A DNA stretch of 50,824 nt from Candidatus Heimdallarchaeota archaeon. Lineage in GTDB: Archaea > Asgardarchaeota > Heimdallarchaeia > JABLTI01. The translations under genes were made by a program, and so were the position numbers. The notes under the pieces are model-generated. The model was not told the DNA's origin and did not search any database. It saw nothing but the letters and a program-made list of their open reading frames with translations. The stretch covers positions 1-50,824 of the forward strand of contig DXJV01000078.1 in NCBI GenBank assembly GCA_019056785.1, read 5' to 3'. This document shows positions 28,580-38,272 of the stretch, one piece after another. The stretch's first letter is position 1, and each line of letters begins with the position of its first letter.

Positions 28580-28912
28580 GTGGTCTTTTTATCTTTTTGT
28601 TTTGCTTTTCTTGTGGGGAATATTAAAATGCTTGCTACACAAAAACCTCTCCTCTTCTTACATTTATTAGATGTTTTTTTTGATTTTTCTTCTAAATTCA
28701 ATCAATGGCTAAGCTATACCTATATTGCTGTTGTCTTATTTCTATTTGTTCTTGGCGCTGGCTTTTTACTTTTCGGGCTAATTCTTTGGGTCACAGACAG
28801 AGATAAAAACAAGGGACGAAAAGCCCTATTCAAAGGTGTTATCTTCATCTCTCTTTCCCTTGCTCTTGGTGGTTTTAGCTTTATAATCGCGAATGCTTTC
28901 CACATTCTTTAA
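28580..28912 (+). CDS. Small 2-TM membrane protein
   Basis: Two hydrophobic helices around a charged DRDKNKGRK loop. Start may be ATG 28628. Confidence 0.55.
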   Translation: MVFLSFCFAFLVGNIKMLATQKPLLFLHLLDVFFDFSSKFNQWLSYTYIAVVLFLFVLGAGFLLFGLILWVTDRDKNKGRKALFKGVIFISLSLALGGFSFIIANAFHIL

Positions 28913-28981
28913 CGCATACTTCACGAGTATAAAATTAATATTAGTAAACATCAATCATTATATGCTAAAGGAGAAAGTTCT

Positions 28982-30286
28982 ATGTTTCAAATAACATTAC
29001 CAAGAAAGTGGTTTATTGCTATTATTGGTGTTGCCGATTGGCGAGAAAAGGCAGTGGACTTGCCATATAAGGAATTTGTTGAGCTGCAAGAAATTATTGA
29101 TGCCTTTCTCTCGAGGACATATAAAGAATTCCGAAAAAGAGGTGCTTTGCTTGGGAGTCTTTTATGGTCACATGAAAATTTAGCTCCTCTGTTTCTCCTT
29201 GAAATTTCTAGAGAAAATGAACAGTTTCTAAAAGAGCAACGAGCTATCTACGACAATCTTCCAGAACAGATTCTAAAGACGCTTTCAAGCGACGAAGAAA
29301 AAGGCTCGTTAGGTAGGAATCTCATGAAAGTCTCACCTGAAGGGAAAAGTCTTCTCCTTCAAGGCACCATTCCTTTTAATGTTGAGCTCTTTCCAAATGA
29401 CCATCAAGTACTAAGCGCTTTTTGTGATGCTTTTAATGCTGAAGTTATAGCTATCAAACGTTCGGAGCATGATTTTGCTGGCCGCCGACAGTGGTTGGCT
29501 GGGCTTGATAATCTCTTGCATCGGAAATTCATCCGTGATGTTGGTCCTGTTAGGAAATTGCGTGCGGCAAAAGACGTTGAAGGACGGAAACAATATGAGA
29601 AGAAATCGCCGGGGGATTTTGAAAAAATCGTTAAAATTCTCTCAGAAATGGTTCCTTTCCGTCCCTCGTTATTTGAGCTTGAAAAACCACAAACAGGAAT
29701 GATGGCTGGAGAGAAACCGTTAGGTCACTTGCTAATTCATTATCTTGCTACTGGTGGCGATTTTCCGGTTAAATTGTCCGAGCGTTCGACAACTTTTGAC
29801 CGTCTCGGACGAAAATTCGAGATTTTCCAATGGATCCTTGCCAACCATGTGGAATGGAAAGAATTAGATAAATTACTGACACATCTAAATGAACTTGTCT
29901 ATGATAAAATCGAGCGAAAGATCGCTGACACTGGAGGGATAAAATTCGACAATTTCTGGACAGATAATGACTTGTCAAATAATGCTTTCTTTTTAACGAA
30001 TTTCGCTTTCTCCGAAGATGTGCTGAAGGACTTGAAGCAATTTATTAATCACCCTGAAGAGCATTTTGAGCTACAAATTGGTCCTGGGACAACAGCTCTT
30101 ACTGAACTGTGGCGAAAAACCGGATTGCATTTTAATCTCCTTATCTTTGAGATCAGTGGTTTCGATTTAGATGAAGAAAAGAAATTAGTTCAATGGGTTA
30201 ATGCATTGAAAAGCAGAGAGCTTCCGGGCCCAAGTTATTGTGGCGATAAGTTTTTACTGGAGCAACGACATTATCGTCCTTTTTAA
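28982..30286 (+). CDS. Hypothetical soluble protein
   Basis: 434-aa ORF with AAGGAG upstream and a T-tract downstream; no motif recognised. Confidence 0.75.
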   Translation: MFQITLPRKWFIAIIGVADWREKAVDLPYKEFVELQEIIDAFLSRTYKEFRKRGALLGSLLWSHENLAPLFLLEISRENEQFLKEQRAIYDNLPEQILKTLSSDEEKGSLGRNLMKVSPEGKSLLLQGTIPFNVELFPNDHQVLSAFCDAFNAEVIAIKRSEHDFAGRRQWLAGLDNLLHRKFIRDVGPVRKLRAAKDVEGRKQYEKKSPGDFEKIVKILSEMVPFRPSLFELEKPQTGMMAGEKPLGHLLIHYLATGGDFPVKLSERSTTFDRLGRKFEIFQWILANHVEWKELDKLLTHLNELVYDKIERKIADTGGIKFDNFWTDNDLSNNAFFLTNFAFSEDVLKDLKQFINHPEEHFELQIGPGTTALTELWRKTGLHFNLLIFEISGFDLDEEKKLVQWVNALKSRELPGPSYCGDKFLLEQRHYRPF

Positions 30287-30400
30287 TCATACCTTTTCTT
30301 TTCTTTTTTTTCTACAGTACCGCCATTTTTCGTGCTTTTTTATTTTAGAATCTGTCATTTAAATGTAATTTTGTCGCAATATTGTTTGAGTGATGCATAA

Positions 30401-30655
30401 ATGATATCCCAATTTGAAGCTATTGAAGAACGGCTAATTGATGACATTTGGGGTCGAAGCTGTATTGAATGTGACAGCCTTATGAAACCTCGTGTTCATC
30501 TTTACCGTATAAAAAATGAAGAAATTGCAGTTCTAACTTGTCCTGTCTGTGATTTCACCATTGTTGTGGTCGAAATAGAAAAGCTGCGTCCTAAAGAGAT
30601 CGAAACTTCCTCGAGTGAGAATATTAAACTAACCCTGACGCCTCCTTCTCAGTAA
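30401..30655 (+). CDS. Small Zn-ribbon protein
   Basis: CIEC..CPVC pair. Confidence 0.7.
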   Translation: MISQFEAIEERLIDDIWGRSCIECDSLMKPRVHLYRIKNEEIAVLTCPVCDFTIVVVEIEKLRPKEIETSSSENIKLTLTPPSQ

Positions 30656-30836
30656 TTTGTCACTTTCAGCTGCTCACAGGTGCTACAAGTAAAAACTGCT
30701 CGTTAAAAAAAATTGCTTGCCTCTTCAAAAAAGGCTTGAAAGTAAAAATTTAAAAAAAAGTATGAGAAAAAAGCCTAAAAACAAAGGATTTAATATAGGA
30801 ATATCACAATTATTCTTAGGTTAAAAATAATTATAG

Positions 30837-31400
30837 GTGAAAAAATTGGGAAAAGCTATCGTAATTGTATTCGCTGCCATATCATTTTTACTTGTGCCCA
30901 TAAGTTTATTTTATGTTGCTGACACTGCTACTGATACTTTTATCTTAGATTTCCAAGGGCGGTTTTATGACATAAAAATGGGCGATGAGAAAGGTTTTGG
31001 TTTCTTTAAATTTGTACCTGGGGGGTCCAATTTCTTTAGTCCCAGTGCTTGGAATACGGCTTTTCCAAACACTACTATTTTTGGTATGCAAGTTGGTACA
31101 ATACTTATGATTTTATGGTATGTTGGTATTGCCGCTCTTTTAATAGGCATTATTGTTGCCTTCTTTAAAACCAAGCTGTCCGGCCTTTTCTTTGTATTGG
31201 CATTTCTCATCGACGGTCTACAATCCATAGTCTGGTATTTGGGCATGAAGGGAGATGCAACCAACCCGTATGACCTTTACTTCCCAATCCCGGTAAGTGT
31301 TTTATTCCTCTTGATAACATTCATTCTTGCCTTTACTTCTAAGAAGAAAGAATCTTATTATTATTCTCCAGGTTACTCGTATGGATATGGTCGAAGATAA
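30837..31400 (+). CDS. 4-TM membrane protein with Tyr-rich tail
   Basis: Four hydrophobic helices; ESYYYSPGYSYGYGRR tail. Confidence 0.75.
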   Translation: MKKLGKAIVIVFAAISFLLVPISLFYVADTATDTFILDFQGRFYDIKMGDEKGFGFFKFVPGGSNFFSPSAWNTAFPNTTIFGMQVGTILMILWYVGIAALLIGIIVAFFKTKLSGLFFVLAFLIDGLQSIVWYLGMKGDATNPYDLYFPIPVSVLFLLITFILAFTSKKKESYYYSPGYSYGYGRR

Positions 31401-31601
31401 TTTCTCCCTTCCCTTTATTTTTCTTTCAATTATTGCTTGGTTGTCTTTGAGAAGTCCGTTCTCTTTTTTTGCAATTCTCGCTTCCCATTATTCGAGTGGT
31501 GTCGATTACTTTCGGCAATCTCCTTCTCGAGTTTGTTCTTTTTAAAGAAAAAGTTCAGAGATAATTAATAGAGTGCAAACTCTAAAGAATTAAAGGGTCG
31601 G

Positions 31602-31943
31602 TTGAATGATAAGATGGCAAGTGAAGTAAGTGAAATCGCAATAGAAGAAGGAAAAAGAGCTCTCCAATACCGGGATTTCAGCACTGCAACGCAGATTTTT
31701 TCAAATGCTCTTATAGAAGGAAAAATAGACGAACCTGAGTATTGGTGTAATTTAGCCAAGGCTTTGTTCTATCAAGCTCAATTTGAAAGTGCCCTCAAAT
31801 GCTGGCATGAAGCTGCTACAAGAGATCCTACCAACAAAAAGATCTGGGTCCGAATCAGTGCTCTTTATGCATTGATGGGGGATGATGATCTCGCCATTTA
31901 TTATTACAAACTAGCTGAACAGCTCCCCGTGCCAGAAGAATGA
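31602..31943 (+). CDS. TPR repeat protein
   Basis: YWCNLAKALFYQAQFESALKCW and DPTN..IW..LY...G....AI.YY TPR patterns. Confidence 0.8.
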   Translation: MNDKMASEVSEIAIEEGKRALQYRDFSTATQIFSNALIEGKIDEPEYWCNLAKALFYQAQFESALKCWHEAATRDPTNKKIWVRISALYALMGDDDLAIYYYKLAEQLPVPEE

Positions 31944-32055
31944 CCCTTTTGCTTGCCCACCCAGAAGGACTTTACAAGAGGGAAGTTATTTATTTTAGTT
32001 GTTTAATTATCTACTTGGTTATAAAGTCGTGAATAGTTTACTGAGGAAAAAAAAC

Positions 32056-32622
32056 ATGCCATGGAGCATTACATTCAAAGTGATCGAGAAATATGATCTT
32101 GCACGAAAAGAATTGGGGTTACGAGTAGCCATTGCTGGTTTTAATGCTTATAAAGGCCTGAAAATCCGCTTCTCGGCTTTCCCAAGTATTGAGAAAACTT
32201 TCACAAAAACTGGTGCTTTAACGTTTGAAGCGATTGGAACACCCGGTACAAACATTCTTGAAGTAATTGAGCCGAAAAGCGGGAGAATTATCCAGGCTAT
32301 TGGTTCTGTCAATAGCAATCTCTTCACGGAAGGGCCAACCAATCAAGAAATTAAGATTACACATTACGGGCAAAAAGCAACCATCACTCTAACCAAAGTG
32401 CCAAAATTAAAGGAAGAATTTATCCGGTTGGATGCTTCTCCAAAAATTTCCCTCTTCTTTGGTGTCAACCCTGAAACGAAGCAACCAATTTACACTAAAA
32501 AAGTTGATAAGAAAGGTAACTTCCAAGAAACGATCACTGGCCCTCTGAGCGAAAAACACGAAGTACGTGTTTTAACAGGCCAAATGGTGAAAATTGTATC
32601 CATTAAACCGCCGGAACCATAA
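32056..32622 (+). CDS. Hypothetical beta-rich protein
   Basis: ORF 31999-32622; ATG 32056 (GAGG upstream) preferred as start. Confidence 0.65.
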   Translation: MPWSITFKVIEKYDLARKELGLRVAIAGFNAYKGLKIRFSAFPSIEKTFTKTGALTFEAIGTPGTNILEVIEPKSGRIIQAIGSVNSNLFTEGPTNQEIKITHYGQKATITLTKVPKLKEEFIRLDASPKISLFFGVNPETKQPIYTKKVDKKGNFQETITGPLSEKHEVRVLTGQMVKIVSIKPPEP

Positions 32623-32782
32623 AGCTCCTTTCTTCTCTTTCTTTCTCTTTGTGTTGGTTAGAATATGGTCAGTTTTTTGCAGCTCTTTTTTATATTTTAG
32701 CTAATATTAAAAGGGAAGAGAGTCAATTTGAATTACAGAAAGATATTTTTCTTACATACTAAATAGATGGTGGTAAACAAGT

Positions 32783-34248
32783 TTGGATGAAGATCTTTAC
32801 CAGAAAATTTTCGAGTTAGCTGCCAAAGAACAGGTCAGCTATGTAGACGTCCGAGATGAAGACTCCCTCTATACTGTTATAGAAGTTGTAGACGGGAAAG
32901 TTCAGAGGTCTTCGGTCGGGTCTGAGGCAGGTATTGGTATTCGCCTTCTTAAAGACGGTGCGTTTGGCTTTGCCTACGGCTCAAAAAAGAGTTTCAAAGA
33001 GGTTCTAGCAATGGCGTTAGAAAGCCAAATTGTCGCTAAAAAGATGGCCAAAAGTGATATCACTTTGGCTGAAGTGAAACCAATCAAGGACAAGGTAGTT
33101 ATCTCGCAAAAAAAACCCGCACAAGATGTTTCCTTCGAAGAGAAGATGAAACTTTTACTCGAGGTTGACAAGGAACTGAAAGACAAGGATAAGAAAATAA
33201 AATCCGCCCGGAGTTATTACTTCGACGTTTTGCGCCGACAAACTCTTGCAACTTCAGAAGGAACGCTGATTTATGAAGAACGACCATATACTTATCTCTA
33301 TGTCATACCAACGGCCAAAAAAGGCACTGATACCAATCAAGGTTTGGGCCGTGCCGGACATATCGGTGGTTTCGAACTCTTTGATGAAGTTGATGTGAAA
33401 GCACGAGCAATTGAAACACGCGAAAGAACCATCAAAGGTTTAGAGGCTAAGCGAGTGAAACCCGGAAAATATCCTGTCGTGATGGATGGCACCTTGAATT
33501 TTCTGTTTGCCCATGAAGCATTTCAAGAGTGGGTTAATTGAACTTCTCATCTTGTTTTGCATGGAGAGCAGCAGGACATTCAAGCGAAGGCGATTTCCTC
33601 CGAACGGCGGGCGTCTTCAAAGGTAAATTGGGAAAACGTCTTAGTCAACCCTTTGTAAACCTAATCGATGATGGTACGCTCGAGTATGTCCCCGGATATC
33701 CCACAAGGACATTTGGTTTCATGCGCTATGATGATGAGGGCACTCCTGTCCAGCGAACTGAAATCATTAAAAACGGTGTTCTTAGGACTTATCTCACCGA
33801 TCGTGCAACAGCTGCACATTTCAATTTAGCACCAACAGGCAATTGCCGTGCTGAGTTCTACTCCAGTTATCCCATAGTTAGGATGCGAAATACTTTCCTT
33901 AAGGCTACTAGTGGCTCTGCACTTTCTGAGGAGGAAATTCTCTCTTTGGTGAAAGAGGGCTTGCTTCTCAAATATGGTGGTGGTGGACAAGTTGACCCTA
34001 TCCGAGGTACCTTTAATTTTGGTGTTGGAGAAGTATATGAAATTCACAATGGAGAAATAGGCGAACTGCGAAAAGCTACTACAATCTCCGGCAATACTTT
34101 AGATACTCTGAGCAAGATTATTGGCCTTTCTAATAAAATGGCCGACCCCTCAGCGAATGTCGGTTTCTGTGGTAAAGATGGTCAGCGTGCTCCCACTGGC
34201 ACAGGTGCAGGATGGATGGCTGTCAAATTAATGACAATTGGAGGTTAA
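32783..34248 (+). CDS. tldD: TldD metalloprotease, join(32783..33516,33567..34248), 471 aa after removal of a 50-nt intron
   Basis: The N-half has YVDVR and GIGIRLL..GAFGFA; the C-half has YDDEG, GNCRA, PIVRMRNT, CGKDGQ..P.G.G. The HEAAGH motif forms only across the junction. Confidence 0.9.
33517..33566 (+). other. Candidate BHB (tRNA-endonuclease type) intron in tldD mRNA
   Basis: TGC-CCAT-GA|A-GCA...TGC-ATGG-AG|A-GCA: 4-bp helix CCAT/ATGG, two 3-nt bulges, flanking helices on both sides. Confidence 0.85.
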
Positions 34249-34253
34249 AAAGA

Positions 34254-35714
34254 ATGGCAAAAGAACTTACATTAGATGAGGCACTCAAATTTTCATTGAA
34301 GTTTGCAGAAAAGAAAGGTGCAACAGAGTTTGAAGCCTATGCCGTCTCCTCTCGGGAGATTTCAATTGGGCTTGAAAAGAGCATCCCACAAACAACTACA
34401 GGCATTTCAGAGGGGCTCTCAATTCGGGTGGTGGCGAACAAAAATATTGGCTTTGCTTTTACGAAAACATTGACAAAGGCCCGCCTTGAATCAACGATCA
34501 AAGCCGCGCTTCAAAATGCACGGTCCAAAGGACCTGACCCTGATTACCATTCTCTCCCTCAACCCGCCTTACCGCCACCGGTTAAATTCACATTTGACGA
34601 AGAGCTACTTACAGTTACTGCTGATTCACTTGCAGATGGCTTGGAACATGTCATTAAAAAAATCAATGCGGTAAAATCACTCAAATTTTTGCAAGGACAA
34701 TTGAGTTTAACAGTAATCAAAGACCATTTAATCAATTCAAATGGTGTTGATATTAGCTCACAAGGTGGTGGCATTGGGGGCTTTACAGCGGCAATTACGA
34801 CAAAAGGCCTAATCCCCAATTATTCGTATGGCATTCATGGCTCTCCAACTCTGAAAGGATTTAATTATGACATTTTAGCCCAAGAAACGATAAAACAGAC
34901 ACTTCGCGCAGCAGGACCAAAGACCATGAATTTCAATAAGGAAGTCCCAATCATCCTCGAACCGGAAGCCTCTTTTGGCCTTCTTGGAGGGTTGTTTTCT
35001 TTGTTGTTCACTCAACTCCAAGGAAACAATGTCGATCGTGGTGCAACTCCTTATTCAGATCAAGTTGGGAACCAGATTGCCGTGGAAAATTTCACTTTGA
35101 TTGATAATGGTTTGAACACTGAAAAAATCAATCGGAGCCTTTTTGATGCTGAAGGAACGCCTCAACAAAAGACAGTTCTTATTGAGAAAGGCGTGCTACA
35201 AACATACCTCTTGGACAGTTATTACGGCCATAAACTTGGTCTCGAGTCAAATGGTAAAAGCACACGAATGGGCATTTTTGGCTTTGGAGGTGACCCAGTG
35301 AAAACCTATCCTTCAATAAGTCAAACCGTCCCAGAAGTTGCACCGGGTGATTCATCAAAAGAAGAGATGTTCGCCGAGACGAAAGAAGGGTTCCTTCTCC
35401 GCTCACTTATGGGTATGCATATGTCCGACTCGAGTTCCGGACGCTTCTCAGTGACGGGCTTTGGTTGGTACATTAAAAACGGAGAAATCCAATATCCCGT
35501 CCAGGGTATAAATATTTCTGGTTTTCTCCCTGAGTTGCTCAAAAACATTGACCTTATTTCCAAAGAGCGGGAAGCCTTACTTTTGGCAGACAGTCCATAT
35601 ATTCGTTTCGCCTTAGTTCCTGTGACTGCAAAGAAGTTTGACTTTAAGACCCGTTTTGGTCTAACTCTCCTCAAAATCATCTCTGTTCTTACTGGAAAAC
35701 ATCCCATGATATGA
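34254..35714 (+). CDS. pmbA: PmbA/TldE family protein
   Basis: GLSIRV..NIGFA, FDAEG.P....LIEKGVL..YL, SGRFS; lacks HExxH as expected; directly after tldD. Confidence 0.9.
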   Translation: MAKELTLDEALKFSLKFAEKKGATEFEAYAVSSREISIGLEKSIPQTTTGISEGLSIRVVANKNIGFAFTKTLTKARLESTIKAALQNARSKGPDPDYHSLPQPALPPPVKFTFDEELLTVTADSLADGLEHVIKKINAVKSLKFLQGQLSLTVIKDHLINSNGVDISSQGGGIGGFTAAITTKGLIPNYSYGIHGSPTLKGFNYDILAQETIKQTLRAAGPKTMNFNKEVPIILEPEASFGLLGGLFSLLFTQLQGNNVDRGATPYSDQVGNQIAVENFTLIDNGLNTEKINRSLFDAEGTPQQKTVLIEKGVLQTYLLDSYYGHKLGLESNGKSTRMGIFGFGGDPVKTYPSISQTVPEVAPGDSSKEEMFAETKEGFLLRSLMGMHMSDSSSGRFSVTGFGWYIKNGEIQYPVQGINISGFLPELLKNIDLISKEREALLLADSPYIRFALVPVTAKKFDFKTRFGLTLLKIISVLTGKHPMI

Positions 35715-35842
35715 TGGTTTTCCATCTCTCTCTTTTTTTTCTTTCTTTTTTCATTTTTCTCTCTCGAGAATCTTTTGTATTACCTCATCAATAAACTATA
35801 AAAAACATAAATTAGTTAGTTGGTTATTCTGAGGTTTGGAAG

Positions 35843-36424
35843 TTGAGTGATGAACAACCCGTTCTAACAACTGAGCAAAAAGAATTGCTCTATTTAATTG
35901 CTCGATTGACAGATTCCTTGAATTGCCCAACATCCTGGATAAAAGAGACGCCTTTACAAGCACTGATCTTTCATGGCATCCGAAAGGGGCTATTCAATGA
36001 ATATGACTATGCACCAATTTCTACTTCCTTCTTGGGGCAAGGCAGGAAATTTGTTAATATTTCCAAGGAGTGTGAGGACGACTTGGGAGATCTTCGTGAG
36101 TTGGGTCTCTTAGAAACCATTCGTGTTTCTTCAGAGAAACATGATTATATTACCGGCTATAGACCAACAAAGGATTCAGTAAATGTTATCAAATCCCTTG
36201 AGAACGATATTCGAAACCGTGTTGATACTCTCTTTCAATGCCCCTTCTGTAAAAGCCCTAATTACAATTTGAACATCAACGTTGAAAATTCAGCTTTTAT
36301 AATGAAATGTGCGGACTGCAAATATGTTGAAAACATCCCGCTCATTATTCCGGAGGATGTCTCTTACAACACTCAACCTTATTTCTTCCCATTTCTCATT
36401 AAAAAAGACACAAAGGAGCAATGA
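35843..36424 (+). CDS. Winged-helix-like protein with C-terminal Zn ribbon
   Basis: EDDLGDLRELGLLE..GYRPT wing; CPFC..CADC. Confidence 0.7.
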   Translation: MSDEQPVLTTEQKELLYLIARLTDSLNCPTSWIKETPLQALIFHGIRKGLFNEYDYAPISTSFLGQGRKFVNISKECEDDLGDLRELGLLETIRVSSEKHDYITGYRPTKDSVNVIKSLENDIRNRVDTLFQCPFCKSPNYNLNINVENSAFIMKCADCKYVENIPLIIPEDVSYNTQPYFFPFLIKKDTKEQ

Positions 36425-36427
36425 AGA

Positions 36428-38221
36428 ATGACAGCAGTTGGAAATATTGACGATGTATTAAGCGAGCAAATCAAACTTAAGAATCCAAAAATTGTTCTTG
36501 TTGAATGGTTGCCTTTTGATAGAAACCAGATGTCTGCTCTTAATATTAAGCTGGATAGTTTTCATCGTCGCCGGGGGCACATTGTCACTGCTTATAAGGA
36601 TAAGTTTCCAAATGAAATGATTTTTCGCGATGAAGGGATTTCCTGTCATGTTATTGTAAAAGATTTCGCACAATCGGAATTTGTTTCTTTTGTTGCCAAG
36701 TTAAACTATCCTGAAGATGAAGGTATTGTTCAAACAGAGATTCTTAGCGGTTATATAAACTCGTGGGGACGCGTTGTTTATGGTGCAGAATTAACCGAGG
36801 TTGAAAAATCAGAGGATGGTTGGGTATCTTTGGATGTTCTCACAAGGATCATTGTGGATCTCACCCTTGATACAACAAAAATGATAGATTCACTTCTGAC
36901 TGAATACCAGCGGAATCTTCTTGAATTAACCTACATGGGGCAAGCTTCAAAGAGAACGAAATATGTCTTACTGCTGGCTGAAGATATCTCTGTTCGACCT
37001 GAGATGCCCGAAGATTTCCTAGATGGGGAAGAGCTACAAAATGAACTCGAACAAATTCTGAATATTATTTATAAAGTGGAAACATTAGATGATGGTTATT
37101 GCTTCTTCGGCAGTATGGCGATTATTGCTGTTACTTCACATCACCAAAAATACGAACAATCACTTCTTGAACGCTCTTTTTCCCATGCCATTCGTATGTT
37201 TTTAGATGACTACTCTGCAATTATTTGGCATCTATGGGACGAGTCGCGTTATATCGAAAAGGATATTGATAAGGCAATGCTTGGTGATATCACCAGTTTA
37301 ACCCGCGCTCAAAATTGGATTACTCGAGCAAGTTCCGATGCAATTATGCTTCATGATATTCTTTCCTATCTTCGTGACAGTATAAATGAATTTAGCAATG
37401 ATTTATTACAACATGCTCCTTCTCGTGCTCCTGATGATCCTGTGCTTTTAGAGCTTCAAGAGCTGCGTAATGACTCTTTAATAACAACAAAGCGTGTAAA
37501 CGACACCCAGAAAGTCATCCAAGGATTAGAATCCAAAATGGTTGCTCTCCGAGACTTTTCAAATGCCTTGGCTGAAAAACACATGCGTCAGATGTCAGAT
37601 TCTATGGCCCAAAATCAAAAATCGATGGCACAAATGACCGAATCCAATAATCGTGCAAGTGATGCCCTAAGTATTATTGAATTGATCTTGGCCGGTTCGG
37701 TAATTATTGAAATTGTTTTAATGTTATTCGGTGAATACTCAATACCTAATAGTTGGGTCACTGCTCTCGGCTTAGATCGTTTTGGTGGCATTGTTGTTCT
37801 TGCAATTACCGTCATTTTATGGTTCCTTGTCTTCCTTTTCTTGCGTATTGGAAAAACGCGTCTTGAGTCCTCAGCAGTCCGACGCCAAAGGGGTGCTTAT
37901 ACTATTGGTAAGAAATGCAATGTCCAAAAACTCGAAGATTACCTTGCAACAAAGCATATTATGATTCGTAACATCGAAAGGGAGGGTACGTCTGAAATCA
38001 TCACAGTCACTTTTGAGAATTCCGAGAAGAAAAATAAAAAGACGAAACCACACATAAGTCAAGTGATCTTGGAATATGACAAGATCGAGGAATTCATCAT
38101 ACATCTTGAACTGGAAACGCCAGATATGACTATCAACATCAAAGATTGTTTTGACTTTTTGATTGATGAAATGGAGGCTGCTGGTGTTTTCACTATCGTT
38201 AAGGAAGGTGAAATATGCTAA
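36428..38221 (+). CDS. Membrane protein with CorA-like architecture (soluble domain, long coiled stalk, 2 TM, C-terminal domain)
   Basis: Long helical stalk leading into two TM helices at about aa 410-475; starts 3 bp after the previous gene. Confidence 0.65.
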   Translation: MTAVGNIDDVLSEQIKLKNPKIVLVEWLPFDRNQMSALNIKLDSFHRRRGHIVTAYKDKFPNEMIFRDEGISCHVIVKDFAQSEFVSFVAKLNYPEDEGIVQTEILSGYINSWGRVVYGAELTEVEKSEDGWVSLDVLTRIIVDLTLDTTKMIDSLLTEYQRNLLELTYMGQASKRTKYVLLLAEDISVRPEMPEDFLDGEELQNELEQILNIIYKVETLDDGYCFFGSMAIIAVTSHHQKYEQSLLERSFSHAIRMFLDDYSAIIWHLWDESRYIEKDIDKAMLGDITSLTRAQNWITRASSDAIMLHDILSYLRDSINEFSNDLLQHAPSRAPDDPVLLELQELRNDSLITTKRVNDTQKVIQGLESKMVALRDFSNALAEKHMRQMSDSMAQNQKSMAQMTESNNRASDALSIIELILAGSVIIEIVLMLFGEYSIPNSWVTALGLDRFGGIVVLAITVILWFLVFLFLRIGKTRLESSAVRRQRGAYTIGKKCNVQKLEDYLATKHIMIRNIEREGTSEIITVTFENSEKKNKKTKPHISQVILEYDKIEEFIIHLELETPDMTINIKDCFDFLIDEMEAAGVFTIVKEGEIC

Positions 38222-38272
38222 GGACCTTTCCTCTACTTTTTCTTTTTCTCTTTAAATACAGGGTTTGTTTTA

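Noticed and set aside
28580-28912. VirB2/TrbC-like pilin
   Set aside because: Only a generic two-TM pattern, with no secretion ATPase or conjugation genes in the window.
32783-34248. tldD as a frameshifted pseudogene or two separate genes
   Set aside because: The break is a clean 50-nt insert with a strict BHB whose excision restores HEAAGH. Both halves and the partner pmbA are otherwise intact.
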